A stretch of 63,440 bases of DNA, taken from positions 1 through 63,440 of IMG/VR virus record IMGVR_UViG_3300017963_000286. The stretch is one strand, 5' to 3'. The number at the start of each line of letters is the position of its first letter. Position 1 is the stretch's first letter. Below are positions 1-9,426 of this stretch, in pieces. The DNA comes from a virus. Taxonomy: Duplodnaviria; Caudoviricetes. Both the position numbers and the translations under genes were made by a program. Below the pieces are notes generated by a model. That model was not told where the DNA came from and ran no database searches. It was given only the letters and a program-made list of their open reading frames with translations.

Positions 1-352
1 ACCCGTCGACAGACGTCGGCGTGAAGTGGAGGGTGATCCGGGGGTCAATCCGACTCTGGGCAGTGAGGCCGATATAGGCGTGACCGGCGCCGCGCAGAAG
101 GCCGTACTGGTCGCGCACCGACTGCGGACCGCCCAGCTGCTCCTCGATCTGCTCGATGCAATCAATCAGGGAGTCGACCTGGACACCTTTCTCGCTGGCG
201 AGCCATCCCTCGTCCTGATCCCATCGGAATCCGAGATTTTGCTTAAAGGCATAGCCATTCGCATCCTGATCCCAAAACCCCTGTCCGAACGCAATTCGCA
301 TCCCAGACAATTTATTTTGCGGGGTCCGCTGATTCCGAGTCAGGGGTAGCAT
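1..352 (-). CDS. hypothetical protein, truncated by window edge (MLPLTRNQRTPQNKLSGMRIAFGQGFW...)
   Basis: Not in the ORF track. ATG at 352-350 overlaps the TGA of the preceding gene (TGATG) and the frame stays open to position 1. Confidence 0.6.
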   Translation of the reverse strand, partial: MLPLTRNQRTPQNKLSGMRIAFGQGFWDQDANGYAFKQNLGFRWDQDEGWLASEKGVQVDSLIDCIEQIEEQLGGPQSVRDQYGLLRGAGHAYIGLTAQSRIDPRITLHFTPTSVDG

Positions 353-912
353 CACGTCCTCCCTTTGGCTTTACGCCTCTGCTTCATGCGTGCCATGCGA
401 TCACGAGCGTTGCGCGCGACGCGTTTAGATTCTCTTGCCGCGAATCGGGCCTGGTCAAGTTGCGGTGTCCAGAGCTTGTTGACTACGCCATTGTACCGAC
501 CCTTCTTCTTGTTCGCGACTTTCTCGCGCTGATGGCAGCGATTTCGTCTCATGCCACGGCCGGTCATGTTGATGGAGCCACGGCCGCTCAGGTAACCGTG
601 CTTGGCGAAGGTCGCGCAGCAGATATTGAAGGCAGACAGGAATTGCTCCTTTGGCGTCCCTCGCAGCTTCCGCCTCTTTTTGAACATCACGGCCAGGACA
701 CAATGCTTGATCATGGTCGGCACTTTATTTGTCCGGATCATCTCGAGCATGACCGATTCGGGGACAATCAGCTTTTTGCCGACACGACCCTCGATCTTCC
801 GCTGACGAGCTGCCGCGTCGGCGGCGAAGCGGTCTCCTTTTGCCTGGCCGCGCCGCCGCTGCTGCAACTGCTGCATGCGCAGGATGTAATTCCCGGATTT
901 CTTGTTCGCCAT
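352..912 (-). CDS. very basic hypothetical protein, possibly DNA-binding or virion core
   Basis: 186 aa, R/K-rich, coupled to neighbours. Confidence 0.65.
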   Translation of the reverse strand: MANKKSGNYILRMQQLQQRRRGQAKGDRFAADAAARQRKIEGRVGKKLIVPESVMLEMIRTNKVPTMIKHCVLAVMFKKRRKLRGTPKEQFLSAFNICCATFAKHGYLSGRGSINMTGRGMRRNRCHQREKVANKKKGRYNGVVNKLWTPQLDQARFAARESKRVARNARDRMARMKQRRKAKGRT

Positions 913-1139
913 TTAGATCGGCCTCAGATCGAGGGGCTCCTCGAGCGAGTCGCGCCAGTCGCGGTCGTCGATGCCAACCCAAGGATCAGTGCCGCCGACG
1001 GGAAGGATCATGAGGGCGTCGGCCGGAAGGTGACTCGTCATGGCCCGATGAAGGCCGACCAGCTGTGTCGACCGCTTGATAGGACAGCCGGGACGTTGGC
1101 AGGCGGCAGCACGGCCGCAGCTGATGCAGACCGAAAAGT

Positions 1140-2003
1140 TCAAGCGCGGTCCTCCAAGCACAAGGGCACGACGGTCATGTCAACCGGCGTCGAGCAGGCG
1201 CTTGGCGCGCGATCCATCATCGACTGGTCGAGAACCCGTAGAGCGTCGCCGATCGCGCCCGATAGCTCGATCCGCTCCGACTGCGACATATAGCCGTTGG
1301 CGAACAGCACGTCGCCAGCCTGGGTGAAGGCACGATGGACCGCCGCGATCAGGACCGAGAAAACGGTCGGGCTCGCCGGCTGCTCGAGAATAGCAGGGCG
1401 GGCCGGCGCTGGCGCCGGGGGCGGCGCTTCGGCGTCGTCAGCCACGATGCCGGGGACCTCAGTCGAGACGTCAATAACTGTGGGGCTCGATGACGCGCCG
1501 ATTGCGAAGTCGAGGGCCTCCATCAGACCACGCATAGAAAACTCCTTCCATGCCACGATTGGCCCAGTGCCGGGGTTCGGGCCGGCCGGGACACCCGGCG
1601 CGTTAATGCCGCCTGGGCCGGGGTAGGCCGGCGAACTCGGGGATGGGCTTTGCCCGGCGGCCCCCTGGGCGACGTTATCCTTGGGCAACGTGGCGCCGCT
1701 ATGGCCCTTCCCGTCGCCGTAGAGGGGGGCGAAGGCCCACGCGCCGTCATCACAGGCGCATCGGCCGTCAGCGTCGACCTGGCCGCAGGGGCACTTCTTC
1801 TTTTTGCCAAGGGCCGCGTCGACCGGCTCGAAGTCCATGGGCGGGCCAGCCGACTCCTTCATGTTCTGAAAGATATGGTTGACCAGGGCATAGTCGTCGT
1901 CCTTGAGGGCGTCGACGTCCTTCTTGAGCGACTTGGCGGCAGCGGCCTTGGCTCGGCCCCATGCCTTTTCATCAGCAGCTGTTTTCACGAGATTGGCTGG
2001 CAT
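1140..2003 (-). CDS. hypothetical head-associated protein with Pro/Gly-rich linker
   Basis: Start MPANLVKT coupled to the upstream stop (TGATG); small CxC..CxC motif. Confidence 0.6.
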   Translation of the reverse strand: MPANLVKTAADEKAWGRAKAAAAKSLKKDVDALKDDDYALVNHIFQNMKESAGPPMDFEPVDAALGKKKKCPCGQVDADGRCACDDGAWAFAPLYGDGKGHSGATLPKDNVAQGAAGQSPSPSSPAYPGPGGINAPGVPAGPNPGTGPIVAWKEFSMRGLMEALDFAIGASSSPTVIDVSTEVPGIVADDAEAPPPAPAPARPAILEQPASPTVFSVLIAAVHRAFTQAGDVLFANGYMSQSERIELSGAIGDALRVLDQSMMDRAPSACSTPVDMTVVPLCLEDRA

Positions 2004-2518
2004 CAGCGGCGACCCTTCCATTCGTAAGACGACTCTTCAACGCCGGTTTCGCCAACAACCTCATATGTCTGCGCGTCATCGACATACTTGAGGATGTTCC
2101 CTCGATGGTCGGTCGCCTTCCACTTAACGACCCCCTCCTTCGTCGCGGCTCCAAACTCGCCCGTGTCATTCCGCAGCATGATTTGACCATGGCGATCGAT
2201 GGTAAAGCTCCGGTCATCGAGATTCCCGATGCGCTCTTCGATCATCCTGCGAATGTCACCGACCGATTGCTCCAACTCCGATTGGTCGCTCTTGCTGGCG
2301 TTCCGCGCTCTATAGGCGTCGGCGTACCGCTGCCATGACGGCTCATCTATCCATATCTTGATTCCAACCTGGGCCTGCTGCGCGCGTGTGATGACCTCGT
2401 GCCGAATCACCGTGTAGGATAAATCCTTGGACGCAGCTCTGACGGCAGCCGAAGACTTTTTCGGACCGCCGATTCTACCGAGAGCGGCGCTGGTCGCTCG
2501 CCTTATCTTTCTTGGCAT
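2003..2518 (-). CDS. hypothetical protein
   Basis: 171 aa ORF tiling the minus-strand operon. Confidence 0.6.
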   Translation of the reverse strand: MPRKIRRATSAALGRIGGPKKSSAAVRAASKDLSYTVIRHEVITRAQQAQVGIKIWIDEPSWQRYADAYRARNASKSDQSELEQSVGDIRRMIEERIGNLDDRSFTIDRHGQIMLRNDTGEFGAATKEGVVKWKATDHRGNILKYVDDAQTYEVVGETGVEESSYEWKGRR

Positions 2519-2523
2519 CCGAA

Positions 2524-4005
2524 TTACCCCTGATGTGCCGACTCAGTTTTGACCTCGGCAGCGTCCATGAACATCTTGGCTATCTGTTTGCCGAGCTCGC
2601 CTGGGAACACATCCATAGCAGCTCTGGCGCGGCGATGGGCCTTTTCGCGACTCGCCTTACTGCCGCCTCGGGCGATTGCGTTAGCCATGATCTTCGCAAG
2701 CTGTAAAGCCTTCGCGTCCGAACCGTTGGCTTTCATCATGATGTCGTCCATGCGCTCATAATCTTTGTCGCCTGGACGCTTGCCCTTGATGTCCTTGTAT
2801 CCGAGGAAGGTCGTGGCGCCCTCGTCGATCTCGGCATCTTGCAGACTGCTCAATTCCTCAAGCATGCCATCGATCATGCCCTCGATACTCTCGCTCCGTC
2901 GACCGGCCGAGGCTCGCATGATCGCCTTTTGAATCTCCCAGTAGCCATCCTCGATATTGTCGAGGGTAGCCGCGACATCGTCGTGACCATTCTGATTTGC
3001 CGTCGCCCGCATGTCATCGATGGCCTTGAACATGCGCTTGGCCACGCCATTGTAGCTGGACGAGCGCGCCGGCTTCTCGGCCGGCTCAGCAGGATATTCG
3101 TCCTCGTCGACTACCTCGGGGGCATCGTGGTCGACTTCGTCGTCGCCTTCGAACGCCTCGCCGTAGTGGCCCGTCGGCTTGACACCCTCGTCTCGCGCCT
3201 TGCCAGCGAGCCACAGCGTCACTTCAGACTTGCGTAATTGCGTGATTTCTTCTCGGGACGAAATCTGCATCACGACAAAATTGGAGGCGTTCCGCTTGCC
3301 GCTTGCCGGGATCGCCGCGAAGTCACTGCCTGGAACCATAAGGACGTCGACCCCGTCGATCTTCGTCCATGCGGCGTCCCAAACAGGAGGGTTAGATGCC
3401 TCGCTGATCCCAAACAGACGCGCGACCTCCTCGTCCGTCGGCTCTGCGTCAGCATCGTCGCAGCAGCACTCCTCCTGCTCCTTGGGGGCAAGCCCGAGGC
3501 TCTGCATGACGACATCTTTCTTGGGATCGACATGCATCGAGTCGGCATCCATGAAGCTCGGCAGACCGGCCTGGACGTTGATCCAATCCCAGTCAGTCAC
3601 CTCACCATCCGGGTCATGCTTGGTCTCCGTGTCGACGCCGCCTGGAAGGTCTACGCGGAATCCATAGACCTTCAGAGTAGATCCATCATCCATCGTGATC
3701 AGCTTGCTATCCATCGGCGAGAGTTGGTCTGGGTCAAGTTTGATCCCCGTCTCCTCCTCGACCTCTCGAAGAGCCGCTTCGACAGGGGTTTCGCCCGGGT
3801 CTGCGTGGCCGCCGGGAAGCGTCCATTTTCCATTATCGTTACGCTTGCCCATGCAAAGCCCGCCATTTGAAAAGATGGCGACCTTGCAGACAACGCGGTC
3901 GGCTTCCGGCTCATCTCCCTCGATCAGACGACGGCGTCCGCTTTTGAGACCGCTCAGCGATAGGCCGAAGTTGCTTTCAGCGAATAGATTTTTGATCCTG
4001 TGCAT
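2524..4005 (-). CDS. multidomain protein with N-terminal Nudix hydrolase domain, probable internal head protein
   Basis: Complete Nudix box GGHADPGETPVEAALREVEEETGI; acidic linkers; SD GGGAGAGG. Confidence 0.85.
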   Translation of the reverse strand: MHRIKNLFAESNFGLSLSGLKSGRRRLIEGDEPEADRVVCKVAIFSNGGLCMGKRNDNGKWTLPGGHADPGETPVEAALREVEEETGIKLDPDQLSPMDSKLITMDDGSTLKVYGFRVDLPGGVDTETKHDPDGEVTDWDWINVQAGLPSFMDADSMHVDPKKDVVMQSLGLAPKEQEECCCDDADAEPTDEEVARLFGISEASNPPVWDAAWTKIDGVDVLMVPGSDFAAIPASGKRNASNFVVMQISSREEITQLRKSEVTLWLAGKARDEGVKPTGHYGEAFEGDDEVDHDAPEVVDEDEYPAEPAEKPARSSSYNGVAKRMFKAIDDMRATANQNGHDDVAATLDNIEDGYWEIQKAIMRASAGRRSESIEGMIDGMLEELSSLQDAEIDEGATTFLGYKDIKGKRPGDKDYERMDDIMMKANGSDAKALQLAKIMANAIARGGSKASREKAHRRARAAMDVFPGELGKQIAKMFMDAAEVKTESAHQG

Positions 4006-4016
4006 GACCTCTCCCG

Positions 4017-4295
4017 TCAGCCTGAATTAATCCGCTCTTTCAAAATATCCTGGACGTATTGGAGAAGGCCGAGCATCGCGAGCGTCTCTTCAGCTCCGCC
4101 TGCCGGGGCTATAAAGTGTCCAAAGCCATCTTCGCGCCTATAAACCAGCACCGCTGTGCCCACCTCTCCGGAAGCCGCTTGGTCCGCAAGTCTGAGTAAA
4201 AAATCGGCGAGCCTGTGATTCGGTTCCCAACGTGTCCGCTTGCGCGGAGGATGAAGAAGTCGGAGTTTCTGGTCAGCGTCGTTTTCATCGCTCAC
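4017..4295 (-). CDS. hypothetical protein
   Basis: 92 aa ORF, SD AGGAGG. Confidence 0.55.
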   Translation of the reverse strand: MSDENDADQKLRLLHPPRKRTRWEPNHRLADFLLRLADQAASGEVGTAVLVYRREDGFGHFIAPAGGAEETLAMLGLLQYVQDILKERINSG

Positions 4296-4312
4296 TGGCC
4301 CCTCCTTGTTGC

Positions 4313-5044
4313 CTACCCGATTACGATCGAGATAGGCATTTGACTATCCGCTATCTCCTCGTTGAGCTTCTCTTCCTCTTCTCGAGCTTCCTCGAGCAGT
4401 GCTTGGCCGTCCATTTGAACGGTTCCGCCAGCCGCAGCGTAACTGTCGTACTTGCTGCGGATTCGACCGAGACGTCTCTTCGCTTCGATCACGCAGCGTC
4501 GATAAATGAAGTCTTCGTCGCGATCGCGAAGATCCTCGATGCTCCAGGCGTCCCGTGCCTTTTTCCAGATCACCAGCATAAGCCCAGACGGAACGCGGCC
4601 CGGTAGGACCAGGACGCGCCGAGCCTCGTCCCATATCCACTCACGGTCGCCGCCAAATAGGCGGTTCGCCATCTCGAGCTTCTGGCGAATCTGGACGTAG
4701 TCGCCATGCGACATCAGTGTGTTGGCTACCCTCAGGCCGCCGGTCATCACATCGGCTGGAACGATGTCCTGAAAAAATCCAAGGGTCGCAAGGCATCCAA
4801 GCCCTCCCACCCCTCCTCCAGGGAACGCCACATCCAGCGGCGATTCCGCCTCGGCGGGGAGAACGACCTCTCTCGCCGCCGACTGCAAGCCGTACCCGAG
4901 CGCCCCCTTGCGGGCCTGAAACCATCGCTTGGCTGCGTCAAAGATCCCTCGCCGCCCAGACCACGCCGACTCATCGAGCTCGACCTTTACGGTCGGTTCG
5001 CCGAGCTCGCCAAGGATCGACTCTTTGATATCAGCCTCTTTCAC
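4313..5044 (-). CDS. neck/head-completion protein, T4 gp13-like
   Basis: LGEPTVKVELDE and LGRIRSKY...GGTVQMDGQALLEEA are gp13-family signatures. Confidence 0.8.
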   Translation of the reverse strand: MKEADIKESILGELGEPTVKVELDESAWSGRRGIFDAAKRWFQARKGALGYGLQSAAREVVLPAEAESPLDVAFPGGGVGGLGCLATLGFFQDIVPADVMTGGLRVANTLMSHGDYVQIRQKLEMANRLFGGDREWIWDEARRVLVLPGRVPSGLMLVIWKKARDAWSIEDLRDRDEDFIYRRCVIEAKRRLGRIRSKYDSYAAAGGTVQMDGQALLEEAREEEEKLNEEIADSQMPISIVIG

Positions 5045-5062
5045 GGCCCCCCCTACCCTCGA

Positions 5063-5575
5063 TCAGCCCGGTTGACCTTCTGATTCTGGATCGTCGCCAC
5101 TCGCGGCTTCGGGAGCGTCAGCCTCTTGGCTCGCCTCAAAAAGACCCGCTAGCATCTCGTATGATGAGCGGACCTTGAAGAAGACGTCATTCAAGACGGG
5201 GATGGCCTGATCGCCAAACCGCGCCGATAGCTCCGAAGTCATCTCCTCGATGGCGCTCACCATGCCTTGGGCGGCCGTGAGGTTCATCAGTAGAAAGCTC
5301 ACCGGAACATCGACGCCCGCAGCCGACTGCGGTGCCACGTCAGGAACGGGGTCCTCCCCAGGCTCAAGCCCGACCTCTTCGTCATCAGCCTCGGACGGGG
5401 TCGCTGCAGCCAGAGCCCTCTTTTCGGCGTCTGAGCCAGGCATAACTTGAGGCGCCTCGGGATCGACCTTGGCATCGGCCGCCGCGACCGTGTCGGATTC
5501 TCCCTCTTCGGTCCTGCCATAAATCCTCTCGGATAAGGCGCCAGCTTTCACGAGTTGTCGAATGAGTTCGGACAT
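5063..5575 (-). CDS. acidic hypothetical protein, possible core/scaffold component
   Basis: 170 aa D/E-rich; SD GGAGG. Confidence 0.6.
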   Translation of the reverse strand: MSELIRQLVKAGALSERIYGRTEEGESDTVAAADAKVDPEAPQVMPGSDAEKRALAAATPSEADDEEVGLEPGEDPVPDVAPQSAAGVDVPVSFLLMNLTAAQGMVSAIEEMTSELSARFGDQAIPVLNDVFFKVRSSYEMLAGLFEASQEADAPEAASGDDPESEGQPG

Positions 5576-5614
5576 TCGCTCAATCCTCCATCGCCCTGTG
5601 GGCCTTCATTCCAT

Positions 5615-5630
5615 GCGAACGCGCGTTCAC
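5615..5630. repeat. dispersed palindrome copy GCGAACGCGCGTTCAC
   Basis: Overlaps the CHAP gene stop; 40 nt upstream of the next start. Confidence 0.9.
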
Positions 5631-6268
5631 GTGGCGGGCCGAATGCCCCAAGGTCTTAAGAATCCCTTGACTCTCATCGTACCCGAATCGTTGATCCCCC
5701 GCACGCGGCGGTGAACCCCATCCCCCTCGCGGACCACCGATCGGCCATCGCTCGTGTTCCCTTCGATGGTCTCGAACTTACCGGGGGATAATACGCGCGC
5801 GACGATCCCGGCATGTCCCATAGCCGTCGGCTTGCCGTTCTTGAAGTGCTGCCAAATGATCAAATCTCCCGACCGCACATCGAGCGCCTGGATCCTGGCC
5901 GGCATGAGCGTTCGATTCCAGCACGTCATGACGTGCTCCGTTTTGAAAAGCCACGTCTCCGGTCCGTCGACCGCCTTGTCGACCGCTTCAATACAATAGA
6001 AGACAAACGCCAAGCACCACGGCTCACCAACCGCTCGCCCGTCGACCGCCTTCTGAAAGGCTTCGACTTCTGGACCGCGATTTGACCCCTTTTCGCGGAC
6101 CCCAACCCAGTGGGACGCCTCCGCGACAAGCGCCTTCATCTTGTCGTCGATCGTGCGCAGCGTCTGCCTCTTAGATTCTAAGTCTTGGGACTTGTTTTGG
6201 GACCTACTATAAGGCGCCCATCGAAGCTCGTCACGTGTTGGCTCTTTGGCCTTCTTGCTCCGAGTCAT
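5627..6268 (-). CDS. CHAP-domain peptidoglycan hydrolase (endolysin candidate)
   Basis: PWCLAFV (catalytic Cys), GHAGIV (His), TIEGNT. Confidence 0.85.
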   Translation of the reverse strand: MTRSKKAKEPTRDELRWAPYSRSQNKSQDLESKRQTLRTIDDKMKALVAEASHWVGVREKGSNRGPEVEAFQKAVDGRAVGEPWCLAFVFYCIEAVDKAVDGPETWLFKTEHVMTCWNRTLMPARIQALDVRSGDLIIWQHFKNGKPTAMGHAGIVARVLSPGKFETIEGNTSDGRSVVREGDGVHRRVRGINDSGTMRVKGFLRPWGIRPAT

Positions 6269-6289
6269 GGGCGCCTCCGTGTGAGGGGA

Positions 6290-6898
6290 TCAGCGCGGTC
6301 GACCTACCAGGATCTTGGCGTGCTTCGAGCCGGCGATCTCGCGCTCATACCAGCCATCGTAACCGGGGTAGTGCGGGTCGGCGCCGATCCAGCGGACCCT
6401 TTTGCCGAGGACGCGCTCGACCTCGGCGTGGTCGCCGACGAATGGGACTGAATAGCGCGTGATGAGGACATGGGCGAGAGCGCCGGAAACCTCGGAGTAA
6501 TTCCCGGCCTTGTTGAGAAGCTCGACGGCGCGGTCGAACATCGCCGCCTTCGCGGTCGACGACCCGTCCGTGGCGAAGCCGGTCATCTTGCGACCGCGCG
6601 CCGTCGTCTTGCCGAAGATCGTCAGGTCGGGATCCGGATCGGCGTCGACATCGACGATCTTCCAGAAGTCGGAATCACCGGGGATGTCGTCGGCGTTGCG
6701 GACGTTGGCGTGACCGCCGATCTTGGCGTAAGACGCCGCAACGAGATCGTAGAGCTCGTCGGTCACGTCGCGGTTTTTGGGATCGCGCAGCGCAGCGAAA
6801 TCGCCCTGGCCAAGGGTGTGGAACCTCCCTTTGCCAGGGCTCACGTCAGCGTAAACGCCCTCGATCAGACCGAGGGCTGCAGCAGCTGCAAAACGCAT
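6290..6898 (-). CDS. hypothetical protein with AALGLIE leader, probable internal head protein
   Basis: Start MRFAAAAALGLIEG after SD GAGGAG; leader shared with 32615-33004. Confidence 0.65.
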   Translation of the reverse strand: MRFAAAAALGLIEGVYADVSPGKGRFHTLGQGDFAALRDPKNRDVTDELYDLVAASYAKIGGHANVRNADDIPGDSDFWKIVDVDADPDPDLTIFGKTTARGRKMTGFATDGSSTAKAAMFDRAVELLNKAGNYSEVSGALAHVLITRYSVPFVGDHAEVERVLGKRVRWIGADPHYPGYDGWYEREIAGSKHAKILVGRPR

Positions 6899-6911
6899 CG
6901 AGATGATCTCC

Positions 6912-7517
6912 TCAGTTGTTCCGCGACTTGGCGCCACTCTTGATAAGCTTCGAAAGCTTCACAAGGTACTCCTTACCCATGTCAGACGTGTTGGAGTCCC
7001 ACAGCCAATCAGTGGCCGAGCTGTCGTAACCGAGCGCCGTCATCTCTTTGACCGCATCGCGCACAACCTGGCCAGCGTTCTCGTTGGCCTTCTGGACGCG
7101 GATCACGATATCGAGGGCTTTCATGATCGTGTTTTTGTCGGCGACTTCGGCGGGCGCCGATTTCTTGGGCTTGCCTCTCCCTTTCGGAGAGATTTTCGCG
7201 ACGTAGCGCGCATAATCGTACCCCTGCGTGTCGACGAGGTAAGCCTCCGCACCTACCGTCACGATGCAAAGGTATCCGGAACTTTCTGCCGCCCTAGCCA
7301 TCTCGGGATTCTTGTCCATGGGACTTGGCTTGCCGCGAACAACCGGCAGGCCCTTGATGATGCTCACGACGCTGAACGGCATCGAAGCAAGCGGAACCTC
7401 ATCCCATGAGTCTGGCTTCACTGTAAATTTGACTGCGCCGCGCACAGCGTCGGCATCCACCCTGTCGATGGCCTCAATGACCCCGTAACCAAGAGCTTCA
7501 GCTATGATCCTCTTCAT
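6912..7517 (-). CDS. hypothetical protein, probable internal head protein
   Basis: Leader MKRIIAEALGYGVIEA; coupled ORF. Confidence 0.6.
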   Translation of the reverse strand: MKRIIAEALGYGVIEAIDRVDADAVRGAVKFTVKPDSWDEVPLASMPFSVVSIIKGLPVVRGKPSPMDKNPEMARAAESSGYLCIVTVGAEAYLVDTQGYDYARYVAKISPKGRGKPKKSAPAEVADKNTIMKALDIVIRVQKANENAGQVVRDAVKEMTALGYDSSATDWLWDSNTSDMGKEYLVKLSKLIKSGAKSRNN

Positions 7518-7548
7518 TTATCCACCCTCTTTTCGAGATTGTTTACGG

Positions 7549-8910
7549 CTAAAGTCCGCTGAGCGACCGCGCCAGCGCGGTTATCTCGCGGTCCTCGCCG
7601 AGACCAAAGCAACGCTTGATCTCTTCTTCGGTCGGCTCATCAGACGCGGCGTCGACGGGTGCCTGGTCCTGACTGGACCCTGGGAGTTTGCGAATCCATG
7701 CTGTCGCCTGCTCGAGGGCGTCGCCTGCGCCGGTCGAATCGCCCGAGGACAGGCGCAACAACGCGCCAGACACCATCTGGAGAACCGTACCCATGTCGGG
7801 GTCCTCGGCCTTGGTCGCGTCCATCGAAGCCTTGGCCATATCCTGCGCTGCCTTCTCGACAGCCGCAGACGAATCCTTGCTTTCAGTCACCGCTCTCCGC
7901 GACCGCGCCTCGTCGATCCCGGGCACCACAAAATATCGCGTCGTCAGTTTCTTTTCGTTCTTCAATGCCGACGACGTCCTGTAGTAGAAGTCGGAACCCG
8001 CGATGAATCCAGGGATAGTCATCGGATACATGCTGTACTTATCCCGGACGACGATCGTGCGAGTAGCTTCCTTGCCTGCGCGAGACGCCTTGTCGAACTC
8101 GGCCTTCGGCACTTCCTTGGAGGCGGCGGCGCCCTCAACAATTGCGCCGGTTTTGGGTCGAGATGACTCGTCCATAGAAACCGGCCCGAATTCGACTCTA
8201 CTATTCTCTGATTGCTGCCGGATATTTGTGTATCCCGCCGGCTTCAGGACCTTGTCTACCAAGGATTTCATCATTTTGATCTTTTTTGACTGATCATATG
8301 GGGACACCACGCCATATGCCGTGAAATAGTCTTCGTTCTTCATAGGGGCGCCGAAACTGACGATGAACTTGTCACCGTTATCTAGCGGCATCGTCAGGTC
8401 GTATGTGGCGCCCTTTTTCCTTTTGGACTTGAACCCAAATTTCTTGAGCAATGGAAGCATCTTTGACAGCGCACTATCCAGTGCAGCGATGTCGTAAACA
8501 CCTTCGGATATGACGCGCCCGCGATGATTGATCGACTCGTCCTGCTCTTCATCTTCGTCGGCATCTAGTTCCGACTCGAAATCTCGCGAAGTGTATAGCT
8601 CGCCGTTGCTTGGGATCACGCGCGACTTCTTCAGCATCCATTCCAGTCCCTGGATGTCACGCTCATTTCTCATGTGCCCGTCTTCGACCTCGGGGACCTC
8701 CCCGGTCTCTTCGTCGCTTCTGATCTCGTAGACAGTTTCGCCATCTTCGTTACGGACATCCGCGTAGAATTCACCGCGCTCGTTCTTGTTAATGTAATAG
8801 CCGAAAATTGGCTTTTTGTTTTTCGCCTCAGTAATCGGCTCGGCGCCTTGCAATACGCCTTCCAGTAGCTCGACCTCAGACCGAATGCTGCCGCCGCTGA
8901 TGTGACGCAT
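7549..8910 (-). CDS. multidomain hypothetical protein with MRHISGGSI leader
   Basis: Leader shared with 8938-9360; repeated (I/V)xE-(A/G/S) sites between domains. Confidence 0.7.
   Translation of the reverse strand: MRHISGGSIRSEVELLEGVLQGAEPITEAKNKKPIFGYYINKNERGEFYADVRNEDGETVYEIRSDEETGEVPEVEDGHMRNERDIQGLEWMLKKSRVIPSNGELYTSRDFESELDADEDEEQDESINHRGRVISEGVYDIAALDSALSKMLPLLKKFGFKSKRKKGATYDLTMPLDNGDKFIVSFGAPMKNEDYFTAYGVVSPYDQSKKIKMMKSLVDKVLKPAGYTNIRQQSENSRVEFGPVSMDESSRPKTGAIVEGAAASKEVPKAEFDKASRAGKEATRTIVVRDKYSMYPMTIPGFIAGSDFYYRTSSALKNEKKLTTRYFVVPGIDEARSRRAVTESKDSSAAVEKAAQDMAKASMDATKAEDPDMGTVLQMVSGALLRLSSGDSTGAGDALEQATAWIRKLPGSSQDQAPVDAASDEPTEEEIKRCFGLGEDREITALARSLSGL
8883..8910 (-). repeat. 28-bp direct repeat copy 1, encodes MRHISGGSI
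   Basis: gaatgctgccgccgctgatgtgacgcat, one mismatch to 9333-9360. Confidence 0.9.
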
Positions 8911-8937
8911 TTCACCGCCTCTGTAATTTTTCATAGG

Positions 8938-9360
8938 TTAGTTCCCCTCTTTGATCTCGGGATGAGCGTCTCGGTAGTTGTCCATGTCGCTATAGGCGTT
9001 CGGGTCGGAATCGACATCGGCATGAATATAATCAGCGATCTGCCTCTCTGAAGGATCGCCGTAAACTGTTGTCTTGCTCCATGATTTTTCAGGACGCCGG
9101 TAGTATAGCTTCGAGGCAGCCATCTCCGGATCGACCTCAAAATTTTTTCCCTTAACCAAATAATACTGCCACGCGTATTTCATCTTTCGATTCATCGAGC
9201 TTGTGGTCGTCACCTTGCCTGGCCTGTCCTTAGTGAACTTCCAGACATCCCCCTTCGCCTCCTGCACGGCATTCTTATGAACCGGATTTTCAGCCTGACT
9301 TATGATGTTCGCTAGCAGTTGAACCTCGGCGAGAATGCTTCCGCCGCTGATGTGACGCAT
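8938..9360 (-). CDS. hypothetical protein with MRHISGGSI leader
   Basis: Likely start 9360 (SD GAGGG); shared leader. Confidence 0.65.
   Translation of the reverse strand: MRHISGGSILAEVQLLANIISQAENPVHKNAVQEAKGDVWKFTKDRPGKVTTTSSMNRKMKYAWQYYLVKGKNFEVDPEMAASKLYYRRPEKSWSKTTVYGDPSERQIADYIHADVDSDPNAYSDMDNYRDAHPEIKEGN
9333..9360 (-). repeat. 28-bp direct repeat copy 2
   Basis: gaatgcttccgccgctgatgtgacgcat. Confidence 0.9.
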
Positions 9361-9399
9361 GGGATTGACCCTCGTGTGAATCGCGATTTTGTGAAATAT

Positions 9400-9415
9400 G
9401 CGAACGCGCATTCGC
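9400..9415. repeat. dispersed palindrome variant GCGAACGCGCATTCGC
   Basis: One mismatch; intergenic, 40 nt upstream of start 9360. Confidence 0.7.
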
Positions 9416-9426
9416 CCCGGTGGTGA

